A DNA stretch of 64,000 bases from positions 186,740,236-186,804,235 of the forward strand of contig NC_068981.1 of the NCBI RefSeq assembly GCF_001194135.2. The letters run 5' to 3'. The stretch is from Octopus bimaculoides. Taxonomy: Eukaryota. The notes beneath the pieces are model-generated. The model saw nothing but the letters and a program-made list of their open reading frames with translations. It had not been told where the DNA came from and made no database searches. Below, one piece after another: positions 23,534 to 36,504 of the stretch; the stretch's first letter is position 1; each line of letters begins with the position of its first letter. A program made the position numbers and the translations under genes.

Positions 23534-24751
23534 TACATATATATATACACACACACACACACATATATATTCACATATATATATACATACACATATATAT
23601 ACATACACACACGCTTATATATATATACTTATATAGATATATATGTGTGTATACACATATATATATTTATATATACACACAAACATACATGTATTATATG
23701 AGANNNNNNNNNNNNNNNNNNNNNNNNNNNNNNNNNNNNNNNNNNNNNNNNNNNNNNNNNNNNNNNNNNNNNNNNNNNNNNNNNNNNNNNNNNNNNNNNN
23801 NNNNNNNNNNNNNNNNNNNNNNNNNNNNNNNNNNNNNNNNNNNNNNNNNNNNNNNNNNNNNNNNNNNNNNNNNNNNNNNNNNNNNNNNNNNNNNNNNNNN
23901 NNNNNNNNNNNNNNNNNNNNNNNNNNNNNNNNNNNNNNNNNNNNNNNNNNNNNNNNNNNNNNNNNNNNNNNNNNNNNNNNNNNNNNNNNNNNNNNNNNNN
24001 NNNNNNNNNNNNNNNNNNNNNNNNNNNNNNNNNNNNNNNNNNNNNNNNNNNNNNNNNNNNNNNNNNNNNNNNNNNNNNNNNNNNNNNNNNNNNNNNNNNN
24101 NNNNNNNNNNNNNNNNNNNNNNNNNNNNNNNNNNNNNNNNNNNNNNNNNNNNNNNNNNNNNNNNNNNNNNNNNNNNNNNNNNNNNNNNNNNNNNNNNNNN
24201 NNNNNNNNNNNNNNNNNNNNNNNNNNNNNNNNNNNNNNNNNNNNNNNNNNNNNNNNNNNNNNNNNNNNNNNNNNNNNNNNNNNNNNNNNNNNNNNNNNNN
24301 NNNNNNNNNNNNNNNNNNNNNNNNNNNNNNNNNNNNNNNNNNNNNNNNNNNNNNNNNNNNNNNNNNNNNNNNNNNNNNNNNNNNNNNNNNNNNNNNNNNN
24401 NNNNNNNNNNNNNNNNNNNNNNNNNNNNNNNNNNNNNNNNNNNNNNNNNNNNNNNNNNNNNNNNNNNNNNNNNNNNNNNNNNNNNNNNNNNNNNNNNNNN
24501 NNNNNNNNNNNNNNNNNNNNNNNNNNNNNNNNNNNNNNNNNNNNNNNNNNNNNNNNNNNNNNNNNNNNNNNNNNNNNNNNNNNNNNNNNNNNNNNNNNNN
24601 NNNNNNNNNNNNNNNNNNNNNNNNNNNNNNNNNNNNNNNNCTGTATGTATGTATGCATATATATGTGTGTGTATGTGTGTGTGTATATGTATATATATGT
24701 TTATGTATATATATATGTATATATATACGTGTGGGTGGGTGTGCGCGCGCG

Positions 24752-24972
24752 CTGAGACCTCCTTCGGTCATGACTGACCATGGGATTGCACCTAGAAAGT
24801 TACCCTCCCAGGCACAAGACTGAGCAAGGTTATTTATGGAAGACCAGCAGTCGCCCTAGTGGTATCCAAGGGAAAGGCAAAGGGGCCAATACAGCTTGGC
24901 ACCAGTGACGTCGCAACTCATTTCTACAGCTGAGTGAACTGGAGCAACGCGAACTAAAGTGTCTTGCTCAAG
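24752..24972 (-). mobile_element. SINE family C, 5'-truncated (duplicated at 25835-25970)
   Basis: ctgagacctccttcggtcatgactgacc...ccagtgacgtcgcaactcatttctacagc. Confidence 0.9.
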
Positions 24973-25291
24973 TATTATATAAACACACACACACACACAC
25001 ACATATATATAAATATAATACTTATTCGCCGTGTTTGATAGTTCTTCATGTATACTCGATTACCGTTTTCTCTACGAATTGTGTGTTTTTCTCGCGGGCG
25101 AATGTAAGATATCAGGTCGTATTTCCATGTTGCTTAGGGTCAATTTCCAATATATTTCGCCTCACCAAGGCACCTTGCTATCAGTCTTGTATGTAGCATT
25201 TAGATTTCGGCCATCGTTTAACACACGTGTGAAATTTGACTACCTACTCTTGGTATACATGCATGTATGTATATGTAATATAATATGCATG

Positions 25292-25322
<31 letters not shown>

Positions 25323-25323
<1 letters not shown>

Positions 25324-25502
25324 GAGGCGTAATGGCCCAGAGGTTAGGGCATGGGATTCGCGGTCGTAGGATCGCGGATTCGATTCCCAGACCGGACGTT
25401 GTGAGTGTTAAATTAGCGAAAACACTTAAAGCTCCACAAGGATCTGGCAGGGTGGGGGCGAGCCCTGCTGTACTCTTTCACCACAACTTTCTCTCACTCT
25501 TA
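25323..25502 (+). mobile_element. tRNA-headed SINE variant
   Basis: ggaggcgtaatggcccagaggttaggg...ttcgattcccagaccgg. Confidence 0.7.
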
Positions 25503-26737
25503 NNNNNNNNNNGACAGTAAGCATGCTGGAGCATCATCTTTAATCAAACAAATCGACCGCAGGATTTATTTTTTGGCAGGCTAGTACTTATTCTATTGGT
25601 GTATTTTCTTGAACAACTAAGTTATAGGGATGTAAACACACCAATATCGGTTGTCAAACATATATGTATATGCATATGTATATATGTATATGCATCTGTA
25701 TGTATGTATGTATGTATATGCATCTGTATGTATGTATGCATATATATGTGTGTGTATGTGTGTGTGTATATGTATATATATGTTTATGTATATATATATG
25801 TATATATATACGTGTGGGTGGGTGTGCGCGCGCGCTGAGACCTCCTTCGGTCATGACTGACCATGGGATTGCACCTAGAAAGTTACCCTCCCAGGCACAA
25901 GACTGAGCAAGGTTATTTATGGAAGACCAGCAGTCGCCCTAGTGGTATCCAAGGGAAAGGCAAAGGGGCCNNNNNNNNNNNNNNNNNNNNNNNNNNNNNN
26001 NNNNNNNNNNNNNNNNNNNNNNNNNNNNNNNNNNNNNNNNNNNNNNNNNNNNNNNNNNNNNNNNNNNNNNNNNNNNNNNNNNNNNNNNNNNNNNNNNNNN
26101 NNNNNNNNNNNNNNNNNNNNNNNNNNNNNNNNNNNNNNNNNNNNNNNNNNNNNNNNNNNNNNNNNNNNNNNNNNNNNNNNNNNNNNNNNNNNNNNNNNNN
26201 NNNNNNNNNNNNNNNNNNNNNNNNNNNNNNNNNNNNNNNNNNNNNNNNNNNNNNNNNNNNNNNNNNNNNNNNNNNNNNNNNNNNNNNNNNNNNNNNNNNN
26301 NNNNNNNNNNNNNNNNNNNNNNNNNNNNNNNNNNNNNNNNNNNNNNNNNNNNNNNNNNNNNNNNNNNNNNNNNNNNNNNNNNNNNNNNNNNNNNNNNNNN
26401 NNNNNNNNNNNNNNNNNNNNNNNNNNNNNNNNNNNNNNNNNNNNNNNNNNNNNNNNNNNNNNNNNNNNNNNNNNNNNNNNNNNNNNNNNNNNNNNNNNNN
26501 NNNNNNNNNNNNNNNNNNNNNNNNNNNNNNNNNNNNNNNNNNNNNNNNNNNNNNNNNNNNNNNNNNNNNNNNNNNNNNNNNNNNNNNNNNNNNNNNNNNN
26601 NNNNNNNNNNNNNNNNNNNNNNNNNNNNNNNNNNNNNNNNNNNNNNNNNNNNNNNNNNNNNNNNNNNNNNNNNNNNNNNNNNNNNNNNNNNNNNNNNNNN
26701 NNNNNNNNNNNNNNNNNNNNNNNNNNNNNNNNNNNNN

Positions 26738-26777
<40 letters not shown>

Positions 26778-27025
26778 AAGATATATATGCAGAGAGGGAG
26801 AGAGAAATAGAGAGACAGATAGAAAGACAGTGTGAGAGGGAGAGAAACATGAAGGTCTTACTATATAAATATTAATATGTATTTTGATATGCATTAACGT
26901 ATAGGTGTGCGTGTGTAGGTCCGTAGATGTATGTGTATATGATGTGTTTTTTTGTACGCTGATAGGTTGTATCGGTTATATCATTGATTGATTGAACGAT
27001 CAAGTGGGTGGTCGTAAAATTGATC

Positions 27026-27057
<32 letters not shown>

Positions 27058-27059
27058 AC

Positions 27060-27277
27060 CTGTCGTAGGTTGGTGAATTGCTTTTTTGTTTTTTCTTTCT
27101 TTAACTGTTGGATGAATCGAAGACGTTTTCTATGCAAGATTCCTTTTAACGTCAGATGAATTCTAAACAGATGCACTTTTGCAATAACCATTTCTAGGTA
27201 ATATCTGCAAAACAGCTGAACATTGCGTTTCATTCAGCTTATAAAGGATATTCTAGAAAAAGTACAACTTACCTCAT
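27060..27277 (-). CDS. Candidate gene start: ATGAG (27277-27273), 68-nt intron, exon 27204-27060 (MRYYLEMVIAK...FTNLRQ)
   Basis: aaaATG context, GTAAGT donor, gttttgcAG acceptor, only the spliced frame is open, phase-0 donor CAG|GTACAA. Confidence 0.35.
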
Positions 27278-27387
27278 TTTTTTCTACATCATTCTATTCC
27301 CTACAACTCACACATCCCAAGCCACATCTCTCATGTACTGCATTAACATCATTTATTTCCTGTCTTCATTTCTGAAATTCTTTACTT

Positions 27388-27806
27388 CTGTCGAATGACC
27401 ACTGGTCATTAATACTCTGATGAATGACCGCTGGTCGTCATTATTCTGTTGAATGACCTCTGTCGTCAATATTCTGTTGAATGACCGCTGGTCGTCAATA
27501 TTCTGTTGAATGACCGCTGGTCATTAATATTCTGTTGAATGACCGCTGGTCGTCAATATTCTATTGAGTGACCACTGGTCGTTGATACTCTGTTGAATGA
27601 TTACTGGTCGTCAATATTCTGTTGAATGACCGCTGGTCATTAATACTTTGTTGAATGACCGCTGGTCGTCAATATTCTATTGAGTGACCACTGGTCGTTG
27701 ATACTCTGTTGAATGATTACTGGTCGTCAATACTCTGTTCAATGACCAATGGTCGTTAATACTCTGTTCAATTTCACTGGTCGTTAATACTCTGTTGAAT
27801 GACCAG
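27388..27806. repeat. 29-bp minisatellite, ~14.5 units
   Basis: Consensus CTGTTGAATGACCGCTGGTCGTCAATATT, counted unit by unit. Confidence 0.95.
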
Positions 27807-27879
27807 TGTCCGTAACATTACTTTTTTTTATATAACTTCTCACTCCCCACGGCAATCAAACTTATTTCCACCTATTCTT

Positions 27880-28026
27880 TTATCCTTTTATTTGTTTCAG
27901 TCATTTGACTGTGGCCATGCTGGAGCACCGCCTTTAGTCAAAGAAATCGACCCCAGGACTTATTCTTTGTAAGCCTACCACTTATTCTATCGGTCTGTTT
28001 TGCCGAACCGCTAACTTACGGGGATG
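27880..28026 (-). mobile_element. SINE family A tail
   Basis: gtttcagtcatttgactgtggccatgctggagcaccgcc. Confidence 0.85.
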
Positions 28027-28036
28027 NNNNNNNNNN

Positions 28037-28080
<44 letters not shown>

Positions 28081-28949
28081 TATATATATATATACAGATT
28101 TAAATACACACACACACACGTGAGTGTGTGTGTGTCTGCTAATGACGTGCTTGCATAATTGTATACACGACAATTGCATGTTTTGATTCGCAAATTATTC
28201 ATCCTAGTGAACGTTACATCACGCTAATTACGGCGAGATCTAAATACTTTCTGCTGTAGTTTTTTTTTAGTTTTTTTTAATTATTATTTTGAAATACCCA
28301 TCGCTGATTTTGTCTAACCTGAAATACATATTTCTTTAAGCTTCTCAATGTTACAGGTTTAACAAGTACAAATAGTGTCTGAAGATCTTGATTTTTTCCT
28401 ATGTTTTTTTGAGCTGCTTTTCTTTGTTTTGTTGTTTTTTTTTGTTTTCTTTTCTTTTTCGTTGCATTATATTTCAAGTGTTTATTTTCATCGATCCCAG
28501 TTGATTTCGAACGCAACATTTGACGCTAAGCTAACGTCTCGATAGAAAATTATGCAGTAGAAACCCGCATTGCCATCGAGCTATTATCTTAACAGGTTGA
28601 AGTAGTATAGTTTTGTTATGATGATATTTTTATTCTTTCTATTATTTTATATAATTTCCCCACTTTTTTTTTTAGCACTTCTTTGCGCAGAGTTTACATC
28701 TCCGCTTACGTTTCTAGGTAACACAGTAGCAGGACATATTTCCAAGTACAGTCTCTGAAGATCGCTCTAACATTTCAGTTTTCTCTCGGTCGATAAGCAG
28801 TTCCTAAGAATGTAATAAAATACTCAAATTTGAGAAGAGTATCTTCCGTATGCGCTGCTACTTCTGTTTAGTCTTCAAATACAGTAACTTAAATTTTGTT
28901 TGAAAACCTTTTTCAATTATTTAACGTACTTTCTTCGTATTATATAGAT

Positions 28950-29395
28950 ATTGGCTTCAAATTTTGGCACAAGGCCAGCAATTTCGGGGAGACACTAAGT
29001 CGATCAAAACGACTTCAGTATTCAACTGATATCTATTTTATCGAACCTGAAACGATGAAAGGTAAAGTCGACCTCGGCGAAATTTGAACTCAACGTAAAG
29101 ACAAGAAATGCCGTCAGTCATTTTGCCTGGTGTTGCTAACGATTCTGCCAGCTCGCCACCTTGTATTATATTGCTATTATTTTCTACTCTAGGCACAAGG
29201 CCTGAAATTTGGAGGGAGGTGGGGAGCCAGTCGATTAAATCGACCCTAGTTCGAAATTGGTACTAAATTTATCGACTACGAAAGGATGGAAGGCAAAGTC
29301 GACCTCGGTGAAATTTGAACTCAGAACGTAAAGACAGACGAAATACCGCTAAGCATTTCGCCCGGCGTGCTAACGATTCTGCCAGCTCGCCGCCT
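28950..29395 (-). mobile_element. Two tandem SINE family B copies
   Basis: Units at 28950-29160 and 29180-29395. Confidence 0.85.
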
Positions 29396-30396
29396 TTGTA
29401 TCATATTGATATTAACACCACAAATAAGTTATGAATTATACTACCTTGCAAGTATATGTTTTATACACGTATTAGAAACATCAATGATTCGTGACAATAG
29501 CTGTGGATGTTAATGGACGGACAAGTCCGCGTCTCTCTTTCCATTCCAACTTAAATTCATTCCAAGCTTTATATATCGCAATTTCTAAAGTACTTTTTGT
29601 CTATTTATTTAAATTTAATCCGTTTCATTGAAAGTTTAATTATTTCAACATATAATTTAAAAGACAGCAAACATATTTAATGAAATAAATCATTAACAGA
29701 TCGATCTTAAAGCAAGAGCTATGTCTCTCTTTGCATGTGACTTTATATACACAAAGATACATAAGTGAGGCGGTGTATCGATCTATCGATCTTCACTTAG
29801 AATATTATTTATATGAGTGCATGTATACCTATGATAAGGACTTGGGCATATAATTTCTCCCATATTTATTCGGTACATGGTAACCAGTACTAAGGATGAT
29901 AGTAACCAAAGCGGTGTAGTGGAAACAGACTGGAGAGCTCGAAACTCAACGGTGGCACTCGTACATCAAACTGTACACGTAAGATATATCAAGTGTATTG
30001 TGTGTGTGTGTGTGTGTGTGTCTGTCTGCTGCATTCATTTTTCTCCTATATATAACTATACAACTCCTCCAATCTCTCTCTCTCTATCTCCCTCTTTTTC
30101 TCTCTCTCCCTCTTTTTCTCTCTCTCTTTCTCTTGCGTCTTTTTTTATTTTTGTTTTCTACATTGCACATTTCCATAATCTTTTTAAAAGAATTTTTTCA
30201 GAATTTTCTTTTTTTTTTCTTTTTTTTTTTTTGTTAGTATTTGCCAGTCTAGTATAAAACGGATTGATTATAATTTGTACTTGAGAAAAGAATCTGGGAT
30301 ATACGAATATGTTCTTTCTGAACATTAATTCCTTTTGGTACAACTTTATTTAATTAAACTACTATATGCATATATATATGTGTGTGTGTGTGTATA

Positions 30397-30601
30397 CAGG
30401 GTGGCCCAAAAGTAAGTTTACATTTATTCAACTTTCGCATTCACATATTGACAGTTTAAATCTTAATTATAAAAAATATAAAACCGTTATTCTATGCTAA
30501 TTTAGTTAATTGTAAGATAGAAATTTAAATGTAATAAAATGTTTTAAAAGAAATTTAAAATGCCTACGTAATAACTGTAAACCTACTTTTGGGCCAGCCT
30601 G
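30397..30601. mobile_element. Tc1/mariner-type MITE, 205 bp
   Basis: 26-bp TIRs CAGGGTGGCCCAAAAGTAAGTTTACA / TGTAAACCTACTTTTGGGCCAGCCTG (24/26 match), TA on both sides. Confidence 0.9.
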
Positions 30602-30617
30602 TATATATGTGTATGTG

Positions 30618-30668
<51 letters not shown>

Positions 30669-31499
30669 ACATAAGGCGTATGTGGAGTTATACAGTATGC
30701 ATACATCTTCAAATCAGAGTTAACGATGTAACTGAATGTAAATTAAGAAACAACTGTAGCATGCGACATAAGTTTTATTTGCCTCTCACTTTTCCTGGAT
30801 ATAAACTGAGTATATATATATTTATATACACACGCACACACACACTTAAGTACTCACATATATATATATGTATATATGCATTTTAAATGTTTATATATAC
30901 GTATACATATCTGTGTGCACGCACGCGTATGTGTTTGTGTATAGCTCGAAACTTTGTGGCTGTGAATCAAACTTCTAAACTGCACAGCCATGCCTGAGCC
31001 CGCACACAGCCATCCTAACGTCCGTGTAAGAATCTGTATTAACTCCACTTCAATATTCATAAAGTTTAAAGTCTTCTTACTACCATCAAGACACAACTGC
31101 CAACCTCTAAAGATAGCCATCACATTACGATTTAATATTGACATTACCAAATACTACCCAAATACGAGAGCATATAAACCCTTGGTGTATTCTATCTTAG
31201 TCCTCACAAATGTTAATTATAAAGAGAAAATATTTTATACTTTCAATATTATGTCATATAATTCCCTGACTGGTGACGTCACAGATACGATCCGCCATGC
31301 AATTTTCCGCTATCGGTTATTTTCCATAGTATAACACGTTCGTTATTTGTATGCTTATATAACTTCATTTCAACTCTCATGAGTTTTCTACAGTTACATT
31401 TACACAATAGCTCGACTTAATGCAGTTTTCCTTGTTGATATGTTATAGATTTTTGCTTTTATTCTTCATGGTATTATTGTGTCAGCCAGTTCTCTATGT

Positions 31500-31734
<235 letters not shown>

Positions 31735-31739
31735 CCCAA

Positions 31740-31960
31740 TGCTTCTTGGTAGCCTTGAAAGCTTGTAATCTGTTTCGTCATGTAACAAAACACCATAATA
31801 CTCAACCTCCAGTGAATACCACCATGCATGAACAAATCCTCGATAAAAGAGGAAGACGGAGATGGCTGCGAGGATGGTCGAGCAGCATCAAAGAACGGGT
31901 TGGGGAAAGATGGGGTTGACTGATGACTCGGAAAGATAACAGAAAGAGGTTGCATCTGTT
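31740..31960 (+). pseudogene. RTE-clade LINE 3' remnant
   Basis: RHVTKHHN...TTMHEQILDKRGRRRWLRGWSSSIKE resembles GHV.RH..GKRGRGRP..W...IKE. Confidence 0.55.
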
Positions 31961-32039
31961 GTCGTGTTGTATGGCGTCCCTTCGATGCGAATTTCGATTC
32001 ATTTAATCTCCTCCTACTCCTTATCTTTCATCTTTTACT

Positions 32040-32612
32040 GCTTTCTTATTTTAGTCATTGGACAGCGGCTATGCTAAGGCACCACCTTGGGGGATTCTAG
32101 TAGAACGAATCGACTCCAGTATTTATGATTTATTTTTTTTTATATATATAAAGGCTAGTACTTATTCCATCGGTCTCTTTTATCGGACTGCTAGGGTACA
32201 GGAACGTCAGTGAATCAACAACGGCTGTAGAGCAGTGAGTGATGACAAGCACAGACACAGAAAGACATGCACAGATATGAGTGTGTGCGCGCATGCATGT
32301 GTGTGTGTGTGTGTGTAAATAAAGTACTCCATCTGGCGAAAGATAAATATTATTTAATAAAACAATATATTCGTTTTTTATGAGCTACTAACAGTTTCAT
32401 GCGGTGAAAACAACTCGGACAGTATTTATAACACATCTGGTGTCTTCGCGCAACGCGCACACATATATGGTATAACAAGCTTCCACACGGTTACCGTTTA
32501 CCCGTTTACCAAATTCACTCACAAAGCATTGGCGGTCCAGGGTGCCACGCAATAGTACTGAATTCGAAACCTCGTGGTTGCAAAGCAAGCTTTTTAATAA
32601 CACATCCATGTC
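32040..32612 (-). mobile_element. SINE family A (tail 32040-32270, head 32480-32612) with ~150 bp inserted
   Basis: Both halves match consensus on minus strand. Confidence 0.65.
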
Positions 32613-32808
32613 TATATCTCTTCATACAACGCATAATATCTGAAGAAAGAGGNNNNNNNNNNTTCAACTCTATCGAAGCATGTGGTGACTTTGTCTCTCT
32701 AAAATGAAAATGGATACCACAATAAGACATCGTCTTTCGTGCTGGTGCCCCGTAAAATACCATGGCGCCTCCTTATGCATTTAGATGGGTTAGAAGATGT
32801 AAGGTATA

Positions 32809-33418
32809 TACAATTTCTCTTGAATAGTAATATAAACCTCCAGACGGTAGTGGTAGAAGAAACTCTTCACCTGTATACACCTCGTAAATTATGCTACGGG
32901 AATCCCCTACTTCCCTGGTCTCCGATCCCTTAAATCACCATCAGTATTCTTCCGGGGCCGAAACCGGCTCCTTACGGAGTGTGGCTCGATCTGCTAGAAA
33001 TATCCGATATTCCTTCAAATGACATGCAACCATCTTAAATAAATAAACAATGCAAATGCTAATGTAGTTCTTGATGTTCTTCAAAGGCGGGATGTTCATG
33101 GTTGGAATACTTTTGATCATATTTCTCTTTGATAAATGTTGACCTGGTGCTAAATAACAACAAAGACGACAATAAGAATACCACATCCTGGTCATTTGAT
33201 AAAGTTACCAAAGTGCAAGAAATTTGGTCCGGGTTTTGGTTTCAGAAAATCACAATCTTCCAGCTTATTCCTTCTGACTACAATTTCTCTTGAATAGCAA
33301 TATAAACCTCCAGATGGTAGTGGTGGAAGAAACTCTTCACCTGTATACACCTCATAAATTACGCTACGGGAAGCCCCTACCTCCCCGATCTCCGATCCCT
33401 CAAATCACCATCAGTATT
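32809..33418. repeat. 140-bp direct duplication (32809-32948 and 33279-33418) flanking a family D copy (32970-33175)
   Basis: 10 differences in 140 nt, 9 of them transitions. Confidence 0.9.
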
Positions 33419-33630
33419 TTGGCAATGTCTCTGTTGCATTGCGAAATGGTTAGCGGCATTTCGTCCGTCTTCATGCTTTGAGTTTAAATTCTTCTGAGGT
33501 TGACCTTGCCTTTCATTCTTTCGGGATCGATAAAGTAAGCACCAGGTAAGCAATGGGTTCCGCATAATCGACAACTTACGTCCTACCCTGAACTTACTAG
33601 GTCCTTGTGCCAAAAGAAATTTGAAATCAA
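33419..33630 (+). mobile_element. SINE family B
   Basis: cgaaatggttagcggcatttcgtcc...ttcgggatcgataaagtaagcaccag. Confidence 0.75.
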
Positions 33631-33729
33631 TATTAAGTCCCCTTTGTGATCGCACTTGTCCCTTCATCAACGCTACTGGGCTGGAAATATAGCTTTTAGC
33701 GTCTGCACCAGTATGTCTTCTTGCGTACC

Positions 33730-33935
33730 AAAGTATCAGATCGATTACCTAAATATTTTAGACCTCTTTCTTACCTTTAAAATCCAGCTTTTACTCAGTC
33801 ACCCCCGTTTCTACACCCGTCAGATCCTCTGATTACCACATTAAGACATCCCACCTCATAGCATTCTATTGCACCACATCCCTGGCTCCTCAATGCCTAT
33901 GGTCGGAGCTCTGCTCTTTCTTGGCTGACTTCCTT
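33730..33935 (+). pseudogene. CR1/Jockey-group LINE APE-endonuclease end remnant
   Basis: YLNILDLFLT, TPVRSSDYH and LWSELCSFLADF resemble NILDLFLT / PLGSSDH / ADW..L..FL.DF. Confidence 0.5.
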
Positions 33936-33949
33936 AAGCAACAAATTTA

Positions 33950-34490
33950 CTCCACGTCTGATCCATCGGAGAAATCTAATCGGATTGAGAGACGCAAGCT
34001 ATATAAAGTATGATCTTTTAATCCTGCAAATTTAAAGCTCCCCACTGGTTCACATGTAGCCCTTTTAGGAGGTTTAAGAAGGAAGAACACTAGAAGGGCG
34101 TCAATGTCACAATTTTGAAGGGTTTTACACAGAACCACAATGTCTGAAAGATGACCATCTCAAAAACAGAAATTCAACGCATTTGCTGCCCATTTCCTTC
34201 CAATTCTATACTGCAAATGTACACATACATTCTGAGTAATGTGGCCACATACATTGTGAGTAATGAGGCTACCAGAGATGATGATTTTGAAAATAACTTT
34301 ATTGACGGCTTCACAAACATCTCCATCACCCAAATCCTAACACTACACAGAAAAACCAACTGAAAATTCTTTTCCTTTCGCTCAAATCCAACAAGGTGAA
34401 GCGCCTTGACGATATTCCTTCCAATATACACAAGCTGTATCGCAGAGCCAACTCCTGTCATCAGCTCTTCAATGTTTCCCTTAATACGAT
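33950..34490 (+). pseudogene. RTE-like LINE pre-RT remnant
   Basis: SLKSNKVKRLDDIPSNIHKL resembles LK..KA.GLD.IP.E..K. Confidence 0.45.
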
Positions 34491-34724
34491 GAAACATTCA
34501 GTGGTGTACTTCAAAACTGAAATATAAATTTCATCCAACACCGTGTGTGTGTAAATTAATTAAACTTACAACGATTATCTTTTTTCTATAATCCGACCAA
34601 AGACGAAGACGGATCCGCTTCATCAGTTTCGGTTTTTATTGTAATTTTATCAGTAACTAACTACATTTTTCTTAGATGTTAGGTTCGATGTTTTGTTTAT
34701 ATCCATTATTATTGCTTTCAAATG

Positions 34725-34925
34725 GTGAGATAGGGCCAGTAATTTTAAGAGAGGAGTAAATCGATTACATCAACCCCGATGTTCAACTGATATTTATTAT
34801 ATCGACCTCTAAAGGATGAAAGGCGAAGTCGATCTCGACGGAATTTGAACTCAGAACATAAAGACAGATGATATGCCGTTAAACATTTTGCCCGGCGTGC
34901 TAACGAATTTTCCAGCTCGCTGCCC
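34725..34925 (-). mobile_element. SINE family B
   Basis: Consensus match. Confidence 0.8.
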
Positions 34926-36504
34926 TTATATCCATTGTTACTGAAGCATTCATTGTATCGAACACTCCGATTTGCATAAACAACGTATTCTTGGCACCTA
35001 CTTTTTAACTTATTGACGCGATAGTCGTGTTGTTTTGTTGATAGAAAAGGGCAGACAACTGCTGGTGAAATCTCAACAAAAAACTGGAATGTTCTAGTTG
35101 AATCCTCTTTTTTGTTCAGGATGAGAGTGCATAAAATGTTAGTCGTTTTTGATAGTTCGGTATATTTAAGTTTAATTAATCTACGCACGTAAAGTCTATC
35201 CTTTATTCGTTCTTTCTACTGCGTTGGTTCAGCTGCCGTAAGGTGGAAGGAAGAGGTATTAATGAAGAGGAAGAGTGAGCAGTTAGCTGGACCGTACTTT
35301 TGGCCTAACTTCTATTTCTGCTTATGATTTTACTTATTCTATTGTTGCTGAAAATCCTCATCTTCACTCATCATCATCCTCATCATACTCAACCTTCTCC
35401 TCCTCCTTCTTCTCCTCATCATCATCATCCGGTATCGACCGCTTTCGCTATATTGAATATCACTGATCACCATCTCAGTCTCTTTTTGTGTGCTGTCCTT
35501 ATATATATATATTCGTTATATTATAAGTCTGTCCAGTTCTTCTATTATCATTTCACGTAATTCTTGATTTTCCCTTCATCTTTCTCTCTTTCTTCTTCCT
35601 CTTCTTCTCTTTATACTGACTGCAATCCTTTTTTATTTAATTAAATGTCCACAATCTTTTAGATTTTCTCTCTTTGAAGGCGTCCAATAAAATTTTCTTA
35701 ATTATTTTGGATTTTTTCTTAACCATTCTTCGTACTTGATAGACTTTGTGTTCTGTCCATGATATTCTTAAAAGTCTTCTTTATGTCCACATCTCAAAGG
35801 CTTGTAATCTTTTTTTTTTTTTTTTTTTTTTTTTTTTGATAAAACCTTTGTTAATGTCCATGTTTCAACTCCATATACCAGAGAAAACCAGACATAACAC
35901 TTTAATAATGTTTTCCTGGTTTTGATATTATTGTTTCTTGTTCTCTATAAGTTTGGCGCTTTCTGTTTTGTTTTTGTTTTTTTGTTCAAAGACTCCATCT
36001 TTCTCAACCTTTCTTTTGATTTCTGCCTCACATTTCCTGTTTTCTGATTACACATATCCCAGCTTTATTATCTTTGTCTCTTCAATTGGCTCTTTCTTAA
36101 TTGAATATATTTCTTTTTGCGACTGGTCTTTCTCGTTGATTACCCTTCACTGTATTCTTAACGGCCATTTCCATTCTATAACATATTCCTTTTGTCATTT
36201 TCTGTGATTATGAGCTACTATAGATTATCTCTATTGAAATATCTTATACTGGCACTCCTATTGGAACTCCTGCAATGTCTTATATTTCTCTGCAGATCTT
36301 CTCAATGTATGGATTAAAGATGCAAAAAGATTGTACACAACCCTGCCTGACTCCTTAACTTTAAATTGGATTCTTACTGCTGTTGTTTGCTTCCAGTACA
36401 TTTCTGTTATAATGTGAAGATTATAACCTACACCAAGTTCATATAAATACTCAGTATTTTCTGCATATTTACTCGACCAAATTACCTTTGTATAGTCTCT
36501 AAAT

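Noticed and set aside
27388-27806. CRISPR-like array of palindromic 29-bp repeats
   Set aside because: No spacers, no cas genes, eukaryotic context.
29877-29978. Plus-strand ATG exon MVTSTKDD...VH|GTAAGA
   Set aside because: Poor start context and no compatible downstream exon found.
34590-34635. Minus-strand CTGATGAAG-hairpin-CTTC
   Set aside because: The required GAAA is replaced by GTCT; at best a dead relic.
34930-35188. 88-codon minus-strand open frame
   Set aside because: No convincing acceptor or donor; runs into a SINE; no homology recognised.
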